Positions 26,607 through 34,882 of a stretch of DNA of 64,000 nt are shown here, in pieces. The notes below the pieces were generated by a model. That model saw nothing but the letters and a program-made list of their open reading frames with translations, ran no database searches and was not told where the DNA came from. Origin of the DNA: Vicinamibacterales bacterium (GTDB taxonomy: Bacteria; Acidobacteriota; Vicinamibacteria; Vicinamibacterales; UBA2999); NCBI GenBank assembly GCA_035263125.1, contig DATFRP010000197.1:17229-81228 (forward strand), read 5' to 3'. The position numbers and the translations under genes were made by a program. Every line of letters starts with the position of its first letter. The stretch's first letter is position 1.

Positions 26607-27314
26607 ATGATCACTCTTCGCAAATCCAAGGACCGCGGCCACACCGACCTCGGGTGGCTGAACAGCTATCACACGTTTTCGTTCGGCGGCTACCACGACC
26701 CGAAGCACATGGGCTTCCGCGCGCTGCGCGTGCTCAACGACGACCGCGTGGCACCCGGCAAGGGATTCGGCGCGCACGGCCATCGCGACATGGAGATCCT
26801 CTCCTACGTGATGGAAGGCAAGCTCGCCCATCAGGACAGCCTCGGCCAGCCGCGTGTGATCGGACCGAACGAAGTACAAGCGATGAGCGCCGGCACTGGC
26901 GTCATTCACAGCGAGTTCAACGCGTCGGGCACCGAGCCGACACATTTCCTCCAGATCTGGATCATCCCGGACCGGGAGGACATCGACCCGTCGTATCAGC
27001 AGTTTGCCTATGCGCCCAACGAGAAGAGAGGAGTGCTGAGACTGCTGGCCGGGCCCGACACGACCAATACTGCGGCGGCGCGCATTCATCAGGACGCGAA
27101 GATGTATGCGTCCGTCCTCGAGCCGCACGACACGATCAAGTACGCCATCCCGCACGGACGTCACGTGTGGCTGCACTGCGCGTCGGGGCACCTCGACGTC
27201 AACGGCATCGCGCTCCAAGAGGGTGATGGCGCAGGTGTCAGCAACGAAGACGCGCTCGAGATGCGCGGCGGGGGCGAGCGTGGCGCCGAGCTCCTGCTCT
27301 TCGATCTCGCATGA
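26607..27314 (+). CDS. pirin family protein
   Basis: 235 aa. The N-terminus is RGHTDLGWLNSYHTFSFGGYHDPKHMGFRALRVLNDDRVAPGKGFGAHGHRDMEILSYVMEG, the typical pirin/YhhW cupin pattern. Confidence 0.88.
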   Translation: MITLRKSKDRGHTDLGWLNSYHTFSFGGYHDPKHMGFRALRVLNDDRVAPGKGFGAHGHRDMEILSYVMEGKLAHQDSLGQPRVIGPNEVQAMSAGTGVIHSEFNASGTEPTHFLQIWIIPDREDIDPSYQQFAYAPNEKRGVLRLLAGPDTTNTAAARIHQDAKMYASVLEPHDTIKYAIPHGRHVWLHCASGHLDVNGIALQEGDGAGVSNEDALEMRGGGERGAELLLFDLA

Positions 27315-27332
27315 ACGGGCACACCGCGAAGA

Positions 27333-27352
27333 GCGGAGGCTTCAGCCTCCGC
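27333..27352. terminator. GC hairpin between the pirin and flavodoxin-like genes
   Basis: GCGGAGGC-ttca-GCCTCCGC is a perfect 8-bp stem with a 4-nt loop, as in the REP family, but it lacks the CTACG flank. Confidence 0.4.
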
Positions 27353-27366
27353 GCACCAGGAGTCGC

Positions 27367-27876
27367 ATGTCCGATGTGAATGTGCTCGTTGTCTTCTACT
27401 CACGCCACGGCGTCACGGAGAAGCTGGCACTGGCGGCCGGTCTCGGTGCCATTCAGGCGAAAGCCAACATCCGTCTACGCCGCGCCGCCGATCTCGCGGA
27501 TCGACACACCATCGACGCGAACGCGTCGTGGAAAGAGCATCTCGATCGCATGAATCGTGACTACGTGGCGCCGCGCCCTGCCGATCCGGTGTGGGCCGAC
27601 GTCATCGTGCTGGCGACGTCCCACCAGTCGTCCGGGGAAATCGAGCAGTACTGCGCGCTGCTCGGGTCCGATCGCGCGCATGCCGGCAAAATCGCGGCGC
27701 CGCTTGCGTCCGGCAACGATGACACCGTGCTCAAGCCCATTTACGCTGCAGCGGCGTGCGCCGGCCTCATCGTCGCCCCGCCTGCAACCGACTCGCCCGA
27801 TCCGATCGCCGCCGCCCGCACGTTCGGCCAGCGCGTCACTCAAATGGCCAGGGCACTGAAGCAGCACGCAGGTTAG
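27367..27876 (+). CDS. flavodoxin-like fold protein (WrbA/NAD(P)H-quinone reductase-like)
   Basis: This lies within ORF 27106..27876. ATG 27367 is preceded by AGGAG. The N-terminus VLVVFYSRHGVTEKLALAAG is typical of a flavodoxin-like fold. The upstream part of the ORF overlaps pirin out of frame. Confidence 0.6.
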   Translation: MSDVNVLVVFYSRHGVTEKLALAAGLGAIQAKANIRLRRAADLADRHTIDANASWKEHLDRMNRDYVAPRPADPVWADVIVLATSHQSSGEIEQYCALLGSDRAHAGKIAAPLASGNDDTVLKPIYAAAACAGLIVAPPATDSPDPIAAARTFGQRVTQMARALKQHAG

Positions 27877-27926
27877 GTCTGGGGAGCGCTGAACGCGGAT
27901 ATGATCACGCCCCGAGGGACTTGAAG

Positions 27927-28994
27927 ATGAAGTGGACGCCAGTCGGACTCGCACTCGCCTGCGCCGTAATAGCGGGCTCGCTCTCAACCCAGGCGGCACA
28001 ACCCGCCTCGTGCTCTCCATCTGGCGGACTCAATTTCATCTGCGGCGTACAGAATCCCGAGGACCTGGTGCTCGTCCCCAACACGCGCTGGATGATCGCG
28101 AGCGGCATGGCACCAGGCAGCGGCCTGCACCTCGTCGACACGCGGGCGAAGAAGGTGTCGAGTCTGTACTCCGTCGGCACCGCCGCCGTCCGCGCAGACA
28201 AGACGAAGTACCCCAATTGTCCCGGTCCTCTCGACCCGAAGCTCGCTGTGCTCCACGGCCTGAACCTCCGGACCGCATCGAACGCCCGTCATACCGTCTA
28301 TGCCACCAACCACGGCGGCCGCGAGTCGGTCGAAGTGTTCGAGTTCGACGCAGCCCTCCCGATGCCGACGGCCACATGGGTGGGATGCGTGCTGCTACCC
28401 AAGGGCATGGCGGCCAACAGCGTCGCCTCGTTCAGCGATGGCTCCCTGCTCGCGACCGTGCTCATTCTTCCGGGCAAGACGTTCGCCGACGCCTTCGCGC
28501 AGAAGAACACGGGCATCGTGCTGCAGTGGAAACCCGGGGCTGCGATGTTCTCCCCCATCCCCGGCACCGAGCTCTCGGCGAACAACGGGATCGAGACCTC
28601 GCCCGACGATCGTGAGTTCTTCGTCGCCTCGACGACAACCAAGCGCATCATCGCCTACTCGCGCGCCAAGCCCGGCGTACCCCTTCGAACCGCGCAGCTC
28701 AAGGAGTTTGGCCCGGACAATGTTCGATGGACGGCCGACAATCGGTTGATCACGGCGGGTTTGATCGACAACGAGCCGGCATGCGGTGGCGCGCCGAAAA
28801 CCGAAGAAGGGATCCGCTGTCCACGCGGCTATGTGGCGGTCACGATCGATCCCAAGACGATGGCGGTGACAGAAATCGCACGGGGACCGGCGACGCCGTC
28901 GTTCACCGGTACAGCGATCGCGATGCGCGTGGGCGACGACCTGTGGCTGGGTTCGTTCTTCGCCGATCGGATCGCGTATCGCTCGCTGAAGTAG
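27927..28994 (+). CDS. secreted hypothetical protein, possibly beta-propeller (SMP-30/strictosidine-synthase-like)
   Basis: This lies within ORF 27756..28994. ATG 27927 is preceded by GAGGGA and gives a signal peptide (MKWTPVGLALACAVIAGSLSTQAA). The fold assignment is only a guess from repeated strand-like segments. Confidence 0.55.
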   Translation: MKWTPVGLALACAVIAGSLSTQAAQPASCSPSGGLNFICGVQNPEDLVLVPNTRWMIASGMAPGSGLHLVDTRAKKVSSLYSVGTAAVRADKTKYPNCPGPLDPKLAVLHGLNLRTASNARHTVYATNHGGRESVEVFEFDAALPMPTATWVGCVLLPKGMAANSVASFSDGSLLATVLILPGKTFADAFAQKNTGIVLQWKPGAAMFSPIPGTELSANNGIETSPDDREFFVASTTTKRIIAYSRAKPGVPLRTAQLKEFGPDNVRWTADNRLITAGLIDNEPACGGAPKTEEGIRCPRGYVAVTIDPKTMAVTEIARGPATPSFTGTAIAMRVGDDLWLGSFFADRIAYRSLK

Positions 28995-29068
28995 GGGCCG
29001 CGAGCGGTTCTTTTCGGTCGGATCTCTTACGTTCGGGCTTGCGACATCACAACAGTGTTGCTAGTCTC

Positions 29069-30037
29069 ATGCATTCCCCAACAAGCTCGCCCATGAACTC
29101 GACTTTCGGTGCTCGCCTCAAGGCTCAGCGTGAGCAGCAGCAGATCTCTCTGTCCACGATCTCGGAGCGTACCAAGATCAAGCAGTCGCTCCTCGAGGCG
29201 CTGGAACGTGACGATGTCCGGCACTGGCCCCAGGGACTCTTCGGTCGCTCCTACGTGCGCACCTACGCGGAGGCGATCGGGCTTGATCCGGACGCCACGC
29301 TCCGTGAATTCATGGAGTTCCACCCGGTAGAGCCGCAGGTGCCGCTCACCGAGTTGCGAGAGAAGACCGCCGAGCGATCGAACCGGTGGCCTCCGACCCG
29401 GCTGCAATTTCTGATCGATTCGGCCATCGATGCGTTCCACACACGTCGTGCGGAGCAGAGCCAGAAAGCCGGACCTGATCTCTCACCGCCAGCCGGCAGC
29501 CCGCGCCTGGAACAGCCGGACCCGGCCGTCGTTCGCCCGGCCGACACGCAATCGGCCGATCAGTCGGCGGCGTCCATCGATTTCCTCGTCCTGGCGAAGT
29601 TGTGCACGAAACTGGCGTGTGCAGAAGACGCGCCGGAACTGACTTCAGTTCTCGAAGACGCGGCTGGTGTGCTGGGCGGCGTCGGCCTGATTCTGTGGAT
29701 CCCCGATACGATGGGCGTCTTTTTGACGACGGCTTTTGCATATGGCTACCCGGCGGAGATGATCGCGCAGCTGCCGAGCGTGCCTGCCGAGGCCACCAAC
29801 GCAATCGCCGAAGCGTTTCGTACCCGCACCACCTGCGTCGTCAAAGGCACCGCTGCCGACAATGGTGCCATCGTTGCACCACTGCTGACGCCGTCCGGAT
29901 GCAGCGGTGTGATCTCGCTGGAGATGCGCGGCGGTGAGGAGCAGCGCGACGAGGTGCGGGCGGCCGTGATGATCCTCGCCGCCCAGGTGTCGACGCTGAT
30001 GGGATTCTCGGTGCTCGCACACACGCGCAGCGCTTGA
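29069..30037 (+). CDS. helix-turn-helix protein with C-terminal GAF-like domain
   Basis: This lies within ORF 28727..30037. The N-terminus FGARLKAQREQQQISLSTISERTKIKQSLLEALERDD is an XRE/RodZ-type HTH. The C-terminal roughly 150 aa (LILWIPD...IVAPLL...GVISLE) resemble a GAF domain. The start is ATG 29069 or 29093; neither has a clear RBS. Confidence 0.6.
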   Translation: MHSPTSSPMNSTFGARLKAQREQQQISLSTISERTKIKQSLLEALERDDVRHWPQGLFGRSYVRTYAEAIGLDPDATLREFMEFHPVEPQVPLTELREKTAERSNRWPPTRLQFLIDSAIDAFHTRRAEQSQKAGPDLSPPAGSPRLEQPDPAVVRPADTQSADQSAASIDFLVLAKLCTKLACAEDAPELTSVLEDAAGVLGGVGLILWIPDTMGVFLTTAFAYGYPAEMIAQLPSVPAEATNAIAEAFRTRTTCVVKGTAADNGAIVAPLLTPSGCSGVISLEMRGGEEQRDEVRAAVMILAAQVSTLMGFSVLAHTRSA

Positions 30038-30042
30038 ACGCG

Positions 30043-30834
30043 CTAGCCGTCTTTCTGGGCGCGGCTCTGTCGCAGATAGTGGGGGCTGAAACTGAGGCCG
30101 TATGACGTTTTCTGGGTCGCCTCCGCCTTGCGTCTGTTGAACTCCTGCCGTGACTCCTCGATCGCCTTCAGTTCCGATTCCGTGCACTGCCGGAAGGTGA
30201 TCGGCTCGCGCGGCACGAAGAACACCTGACCGATCGGAAGACTCTGCTCCATCGTGATTCCCTCGCCGGGCTGCAGCACATAACGGAACTCCGTTTCGTG
30301 CGCATACCAGTCCGTCTCCACGCGGACGGCAAGCATCGGCGCGACCGGCCGCTCGATCATGTTCAGAATCGGCGAATAAACCGTGTCCCAGCCTGATGGC
30401 GTCTGAAAGTTGGTGGCGCCGCGCAGGGCGAGCGCGCCCGCCGGCGTGCCCATGTCCTCGGGAACGATAAAGGCCCGCATCACCGCCAGTGCCGCTTCAC
30501 GCGTCAGCATCGGCGCACCGATGAAGGTCACCTCTTCCTTCATCATGCCCACTGCCCCGACCGACATGCTCATCGTCACTTGGAAAATCGGCGTGCGCTT
30601 GCCGTCCTGTGTCAGCAGGTAATAGACGAATCGATAGCGGCCATCGCCCTCGAACTCGACGTACACCGATTCCTTCGGCTCGAGCGCGGCAAAGACCATG
30701 AAGCCCAGCGAGCTGCCGGCCTCGAGGACGGGACAGTGACGCGCGTGCTGCGGCAGCAGCGGCCTGGACCCCTCGCGCCGAGGAGCCTGACCGACGCCGG
30801 GGCGGCGGAGGTTTGGAAAGAGACGGACTTCCAT
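30043..30834 (-). CDS. hypothetical protein (263 aa)
   Basis: This lies within ORF 30043..31002. ATG 30834 lies 25 nt downstream of the methyltransferase stop. The longer form would overlap that gene. I cannot name a domain. Confidence 0.5.
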   Translation of the reverse strand: MEVRLFPNLRRPGVGQAPRREGSRPLLPQHARHCPVLEAGSSLGFMVFAALEPKESVYVEFEGDGRYRFVYYLLTQDGKRTPIFQVTMSMSVGAVGMMKEEVTFIGAPMLTREAALAVMRAFIVPEDMGTPAGALALRGATNFQTPSGWDTVYSPILNMIERPVAPMLAVRVETDWYAHETEFRYVLQPGEGITMEQSLPIGQVFFVPREPITFRQCTESELKAIEESRQEFNRRKAEATQKTSYGLSFSPHYLRQSRAQKDG

Positions 30835-30859
30835 TCCTCCGTATCGTATGCGAAACCGA

Positions 30860-31603
30860 TCAGCGCTGTTCCTTGCTGGCGTGAAAGACCGCGCGATCCT
30901 GTCTGAATGCGGCCGCGAGTCTGCTCTTGCCGCGAAGACGATGAACCACGGCTCGCGCCGCTCGATAGGGCGCCGAGCGTTGCGGCGTGACCGTCCGGAC
31001 ATCGGAGAAACCGGACGTCTTGAGCATGCCTTCGACGGCGGGCACGTTCGGACCCCACCAGTTCGTCGGATCGCCGTTCAGTTCACGCCCTGGATAGAAG
31101 GCAGCCGCGGGACGAGCGAATCCGATCATGTCGACGACGGTTTCGAGAACCAGCAGACGTCGAGTCACCGACGCAACACGTTCGATCGCGAGATACGGAT
31201 GTGGGAGGTGATACAGCACACCCAGGAACAGCACCACATCGAACATCCCGACACGTTCTGGTGTGAGCTCCATGACATCGATCTCGAGATCCTCGACTCG
31301 TGAGCCCAGTGCCGCGCGCGCCAGCTCGAATCCCGCCTTCGTGCTCCACGTCGGCCCGCGCCACGCGAACAAGTCGGTGGCGAGCACCCGCGCGGCGCCC
31401 CGGCGCTCGGCTTCGAACGAGAAGAACCCGTCCCACGCGCCGATATCGAGAACCGTGAGGCCTGCAAATGAAGCGGGCAGTCCGAGGCGAGCGAGGCGTA
31501 TCGGCGTGTCGTCGACGCCGGGAGTCACGAGGCCGTGTCCGAGATCGATCGAGTGATACCAGCGGATGGCACCGACGCGTGAGCGGAGGTCCGCAACGCT
31601 CAT
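30860..31603 (-). CDS. class I SAM-dependent methyltransferase
   Basis: 247 aa. The N-terminal motif is WYHSIDLGHGLVTPG. The SAM-binding motif is VLDIGAWDGFFSFEAERRGA. The acidic loop is VLATD. It also has VLFLGVLYHLPHP. Confidence 0.8.
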   Translation of the reverse strand: MSVADLRSRVGAIRWYHSIDLGHGLVTPGVDDTPIRLARLGLPASFAGLTVLDIGAWDGFFSFEAERRGAARVLATDLFAWRGPTWSTKAGFELARAALGSRVEDLEIDVMELTPERVGMFDVVLFLGVLYHLPHPYLAIERVASVTRRLLVLETVVDMIGFARPAAAFYPGRELNGDPTNWWGPNVPAVEGMLKTSGFSDVRTVTPQRSAPYRAARAVVHRLRGKSRLAAAFRQDRAVFHASKEQR

Positions 31604-31630
31604 GCCGCCATTCTAGTTACTAACGGTCGT

Positions 31631-31656
31631 CGGTGCGACGGATCGCACCGACTACG
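31631..31656 (-). repeat. REP-like hairpin
   Basis: CGGTGCGA-cgga-TCGCACCG (perfect 8-bp stem) followed by aCTACG. The stem sequence is unrelated to other copies, but the geometry and flank are the same. Confidence 0.55.
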
Positions 31657-31681
31657 TCAGAAGGATCGCACCGACAACAGG

Positions 31682-32095
31682 TCAGGCGTACATCGGCCGA
31701 CCATCGCTGAGTGCAAGCCAGCCGCGTGCGACGCGATAGATGAACCAGATGGCGACGATCCCCAGCGGCAGCCACGCAATCAAGAGTCCGACACCGAACG
31801 TGAGCACGACGAAGGCCATGCACAGGCCAGCCCACGCGGCACCAAACCAGAACGTGCGGATCTGCCACCTGAAGTGCGATTCCAGCCACGTGCCGCGCAC
31901 ATCGCCTCGCTTCACGTAGTTCAGGATGACCGCGACGATCGACGGCCAGCCGAGGAGAAAGGCCCCAACGACTGTCGCGACGGTGACGATGCCGATCACG
32001 AGACTCAGCGCGTGCAGCGCGTAGATGAGATGTGTCCAGGTCACCTGAGAGTCAAGCGACGCCGATACGGGCTGTCCCGAATAGGATTGGTTCAC
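31682..32095 (-). CDS. integral membrane protein (about 4 TM)
   Basis: 137 aa with hydrophobic helices (LIYALHALSLVIGIVTVATVVGAFLLGWPSIVAVIL; FWFGAAWAGLCMAFVVLTFGVGLLIAWLPLGIVAIWFIY). Confidence 0.65.
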   Translation of the reverse strand: MNQSYSGQPVSASLDSQVTWTHLIYALHALSLVIGIVTVATVVGAFLLGWPSIVAVILNYVKRGDVRGTWLESHFRWQIRTFWFGAAWAGLCMAFVVLTFGVGLLIAWLPLGIVAIWFIYRVARGWLALSDGRPMYA

Positions 32096-32138
32096 GGTCT
32101 GTCTCCACCATGATTGACGGAGGTGGATGGTTCTGTGT

Positions 32139-32765
32139 TCAGAGCTCCGGTGCCGTTTCCTGTTCCCGAGCCGTTCGATCGGCCCGCGAATGTTCTCCTT
32201 TGCTCACCTGTTGGGCAATGACGATGAATCGCTTGGGCGCGGGACCGATGTACCTGAATGGATAGCACGTGATCAGTGTCAGCGTCGCCCTCTTCGTTGG
32301 CTTGAGCACCTCGACGTCGGTCGGCATCACGATCTTCGTTCCGCGCACGTGGTATTCGAGCTCACGGTCGCCGGAGCGGAATCGAATGACGTCCTTCGGC
32401 CGAATCCCGGCGAGACCGCGGAAGAACGTATCGCGGTGGGCGGCGAGGACGCTGTTTCCGCCGCGCCAGGGCAACGGCGTGTCCGAAAGGTGTCCCACAC
32501 CGAAGAGCAACGCAGCGCTCTCATCGCCCTCGAGCACGACCGACGAGAGGCCGAGGCGCGGGATCTCGATCACGCCAATCGGCTTGCCCTCCGCGATCGG
32601 GGATGACGTCTCCTGCGGGGATCGTGCTGGCGACTCGATGCGTGGAAGCGCAACGCTGTAGAACGGCTGCACCCATTCCGGTGAAATCAGTGCAACACCG
32701 GTCACCAGTGCTGAGGCGAGCCCCAGCACCAGTAGCACGAGGCCGATCAAGCGCATGAAGATCAT
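32139..32765 (-). CDS. sortase family transpeptidase
   Basis: 208 aa with an N-terminal membrane anchor. The catalytic triad context is present: His in VLAAHRD, Cys in TLTLITCYPF (TLxTC), and a downstream Arg (KRFIVIA). Its start overlaps the upstream VWA gene stop (ATGA). Confidence 0.85.
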   Translation of the reverse strand: MIFMRLIGLVLLVLGLASALVTGVALISPEWVQPFYSVALPRIESPARSPQETSSPIAEGKPIGVIEIPRLGLSSVVLEGDESAALLFGVGHLSDTPLPWRGGNSVLAAHRDTFFRGLAGIRPKDVIRFRSGDRELEYHVRGTKIVMPTDVEVLKPTKRATLTLITCYPFRYIGPAPKRFIVIAQQVSKGEHSRADRTAREQETAPEL

Positions 32766-33730
32766 CTGCGATCCTCAGATCCGTCTTCCGCGCGCTGCGC
32801 AGCCGTAGCAATGTAGCCGGTCCGCGTTCTGACCTTCAGCCTGCTGCGATCCAGCGCCTGCGCGGTCACACGGATATGATGCAGACGGCCATCCGCCTTG
32901 TCGCCGCCATCTGGCGGTGCATATGCCAGCGTATAGCGGCTGCGGATGTCGGCCGCGATCGAGCCGAGCACCGCTCCAATCGCCGAGATTCGACGCGGCT
33001 CGAACGAGAGACCACCGGTCGCCTCCGCGAGTCGGCGAAGCGCCTTGGGATTCTGATCGCGATTGAGCGGGTCGAGAAGCGCGATCGAATAGATCAGCAC
33101 GTTGGACGCCTGAACCTTCTCGAGGACCTGGTCGAATGTGGCGCGACTGGCGTTGTCGCCGCCATCGCTCAAGACGATCAGCGCTCTCCGCTCGTGGCGA
33201 CCCTCTCCGAGACCATCGATCGTCTCCGACAGCGCATCATGAAAAGCCGTCCGGCCGTGCGCGTTGAAGTTCTGCGTCAACGCAGTGCGCAACTCCTCGA
33301 CGTCATCGGTGAAGCGCCGATCGGTCGGCAGCACCGGCGTGAGGCGTTCGTTGAAGACGAGCGGCAGGTACTGATCTTCGGGATGGCTCGCCAGGGCGAA
33401 GCCGGTAATCGCAGCGATGACACGGGCCTTGTTTTCGATCATGCTGCCGCTGCCGTCGATCAGCAGGGCAATCGTCGCGGGTGCATCCTGCTCGGCGAAG
33501 AAGCTCAGTTCCTGGAGTCGTCCTTCGTCGAAGACCTGAAAGGCTGGACGAGGCAGGCCACCGACGAACTCTCCCCGCCCGTCGGTCACGGAGACATCGA
33601 GCACGACGAGATCAGAGCGCGCTCGAAAGTGCGCATCACGCTGGGCCGAGGCCGGGGCCAGACCAAGCGCCGCGAGCACCGTTGTGAGCAGAATGTGGCG
33701 TCGCATGTGTGATCTCGCTGATTGAACCAC
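32762..33730 (-). CDS. secreted von Willebrand factor A domain protein (acidobacterial VWFA-related type)
   Basis: 322 aa with a signal peptide (LLTTVLAALGLAPASAQ) and the MIDAS motif LLIDGSGSM. The overall pattern matches what I recall of the acidobacterial VWFA-related domain family. Confidence 0.8.
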   Translation of the reverse strand: MVQSARSHMRRHILLTTVLAALGLAPASAQRDAHFRARSDLVVLDVSVTDGRGEFVGGLPRPAFQVFDEGRLQELSFFAEQDAPATIALLIDGSGSMIENKARVIAAITGFALASHPEDQYLPLVFNERLTPVLPTDRRFTDDVEELRTALTQNFNAHGRTAFHDALSETIDGLGEGRHERRALIVLSDGGDNASRATFDQVLEKVQASNVLIYSIALLDPLNRDQNPKALRRLAEATGGLSFEPRRISAIGAVLGSIAADIRSRYTLAYAPPDGGDKADGRLHHIRVTAQALDRSRLKVRTRTGYIATAAQRAEDGSEDRR

Positions 33731-33746
33731 ACTCGAGCGAGACGGA

Positions 33747-33799
33747 GAGGCGGGTCCGGAGACCCGCCTCTACGGTCCGGCTGAAGCCGGTCACCTACG
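33747..33799 (-). repeat. two tandem REP-like hairpins
   Basis: First: GAGGCGGGTC-cgga-GACCCGCCTC (perfect 10-bp stem) running into CTACG. Second: GTCCGGC-tgaa-GCCGGTC (one mismatch) followed by aCCTACG. Confidence 0.6.
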
Positions 33800-33804
33800 T
33801 ACGA

Positions 33805-34494
33805 CTACGACTTGCGAAGCAGCTTCACGCCGAGCCCCGCCGCTGCGACGCCGCCCAGCAACAGTAGCGCAAGCGGGCTTGCAGTCTTCGGCAGCTGATC
33901 ACGAGTCGCTCCTGCCGCCGGCTGCTCCGGTTGAGCCGGCTGCGCAGGCTGCTGCGCTTGCGCGATCTGCGATTCGGCCGGCGATGCTAACGCGGACGCG
34001 CCAGCACCCTCGACCACATCAGTCGACTTCTCGGTGTCTGCGATCGGCGGTACTACCGGCTCGTTCTGCGCCGCGGGGGCAGGCTGCGCTGTCCTGTTCA
34101 GAGCGGCCAGCTGCTCCTTCGAGTAGATGAACTCGTATCCGGTTCGCTCACCCACGTACCAATAGGTGCCAACCGCGGGCGGCGCGCCTGAGGCTGTCTC
34201 GAGGAATCGGATCTCTGAATCCCTTGGCACATCGGGCCGCTGAGCCTGAATCGTGCCCAGAAGCGCGTAGCTTTCGGTTCCCTGCTTGTTCGAGACTTGA
34301 ATGACGTTCCGGCTCGACTCGGTGTTCGCAATGCGGAACATATACGTGCCGGCCGGCAGAGTCATTCCTGGCAGCGCCACTGGCCGATTGAACGTGAAAT
34401 ATGTTCGCTTGTCAGATGTGAAGGCGTTGGCGCCACTTGCCAGTGCACAGACAAGCACCACCAACACGGCAGCGGATACATACCTCTTAACCAT
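33805..34494 (-). CDS. secreted protein with C-terminal sortase sorting signal (LPKTAS, hydrophobic helix, basic tail)
   Basis: 229 aa with a signal peptide (AAVLVVLVCALASGANA) and a globular N-domain of about 130 aa. A Q/A/P-rich linker follows, then LPKTASPLALLLLGGVAAAGLGVKLLRKS at the extreme C-terminus. Confidence 0.75.
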   Translation of the reverse strand: MVKRYVSAAVLVVLVCALASGANAFTSDKRTYFTFNRPVALPGMTLPAGTYMFRIANTESSRNVIQVSNKQGTESYALLGTIQAQRPDVPRDSEIRFLETASGAPPAVGTYWYVGERTGYEFIYSKEQLAALNRTAQPAPAAQNEPVVPPIADTEKSTDVVEGAGASALASPAESQIAQAQQPAQPAQPEQPAAGATRDQLPKTASPLALLLLGGVAAAGLGVKLLRKS

Positions 34495-34882
34495 GCTGGT
34501 CCTCCTGCCTCCACCTTCTTCAAGATGCCTGCCGATTCCAGCTCGGCCGTGAAAGCGACTGCGGGTGGGTGGCTTACGCCGAACAAGCCCAGCAGCACCT
34601 GTGTAGTCCAGGTAGAATGGCTGGGTAAGAAGGGCGAGTTGAAGCTTTTCTTACACTACTCAGACGTTCGCAGCGCCTTTCACTCAAGGGGCCACCGCAA
34701 CGATGGGCGTAGGAGCCGTCACCAGACCGGTGAGCGCAGCGTCATCGCGTGCTCCAATCCTCGAAACCGTAACCAGCCCCGACGGAAACGTATTTGCGCC
34801 TACTTTGCCGCGGTGGGCAACCTATTGCCAGGGTCGCACCGTGCTAGGCTTCCGAGCGCATCGAGTCGGGGACCTCAACTCC

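Noticed and set aside
24758-26644. 628-aa minus-strand ORF, plus 22712..24088(-) and 20790..22346(-), 20513..21409(-) and 18149..19240(-). These lie antisense to DUF1552, DUF1592, the ankyrin gene and the dienelactone hydrolase gene.
   Set aside because: This is the same GC-rich antisense artefact. The compositions are Arg/His/Asp-rich and no motifs are present. The sense-strand genes have clear signal peptides and family motifs.
28989-29015. GTAGGGGCCGCGAGCGGTTC, at the stop of the 27927..28994 gene, shares the GTAGGGGCCGC head of the REP family.
   Set aside because: The downstream half is not complementary, so no stem forms. At most it is a decayed copy, and it is not counted as a family member.
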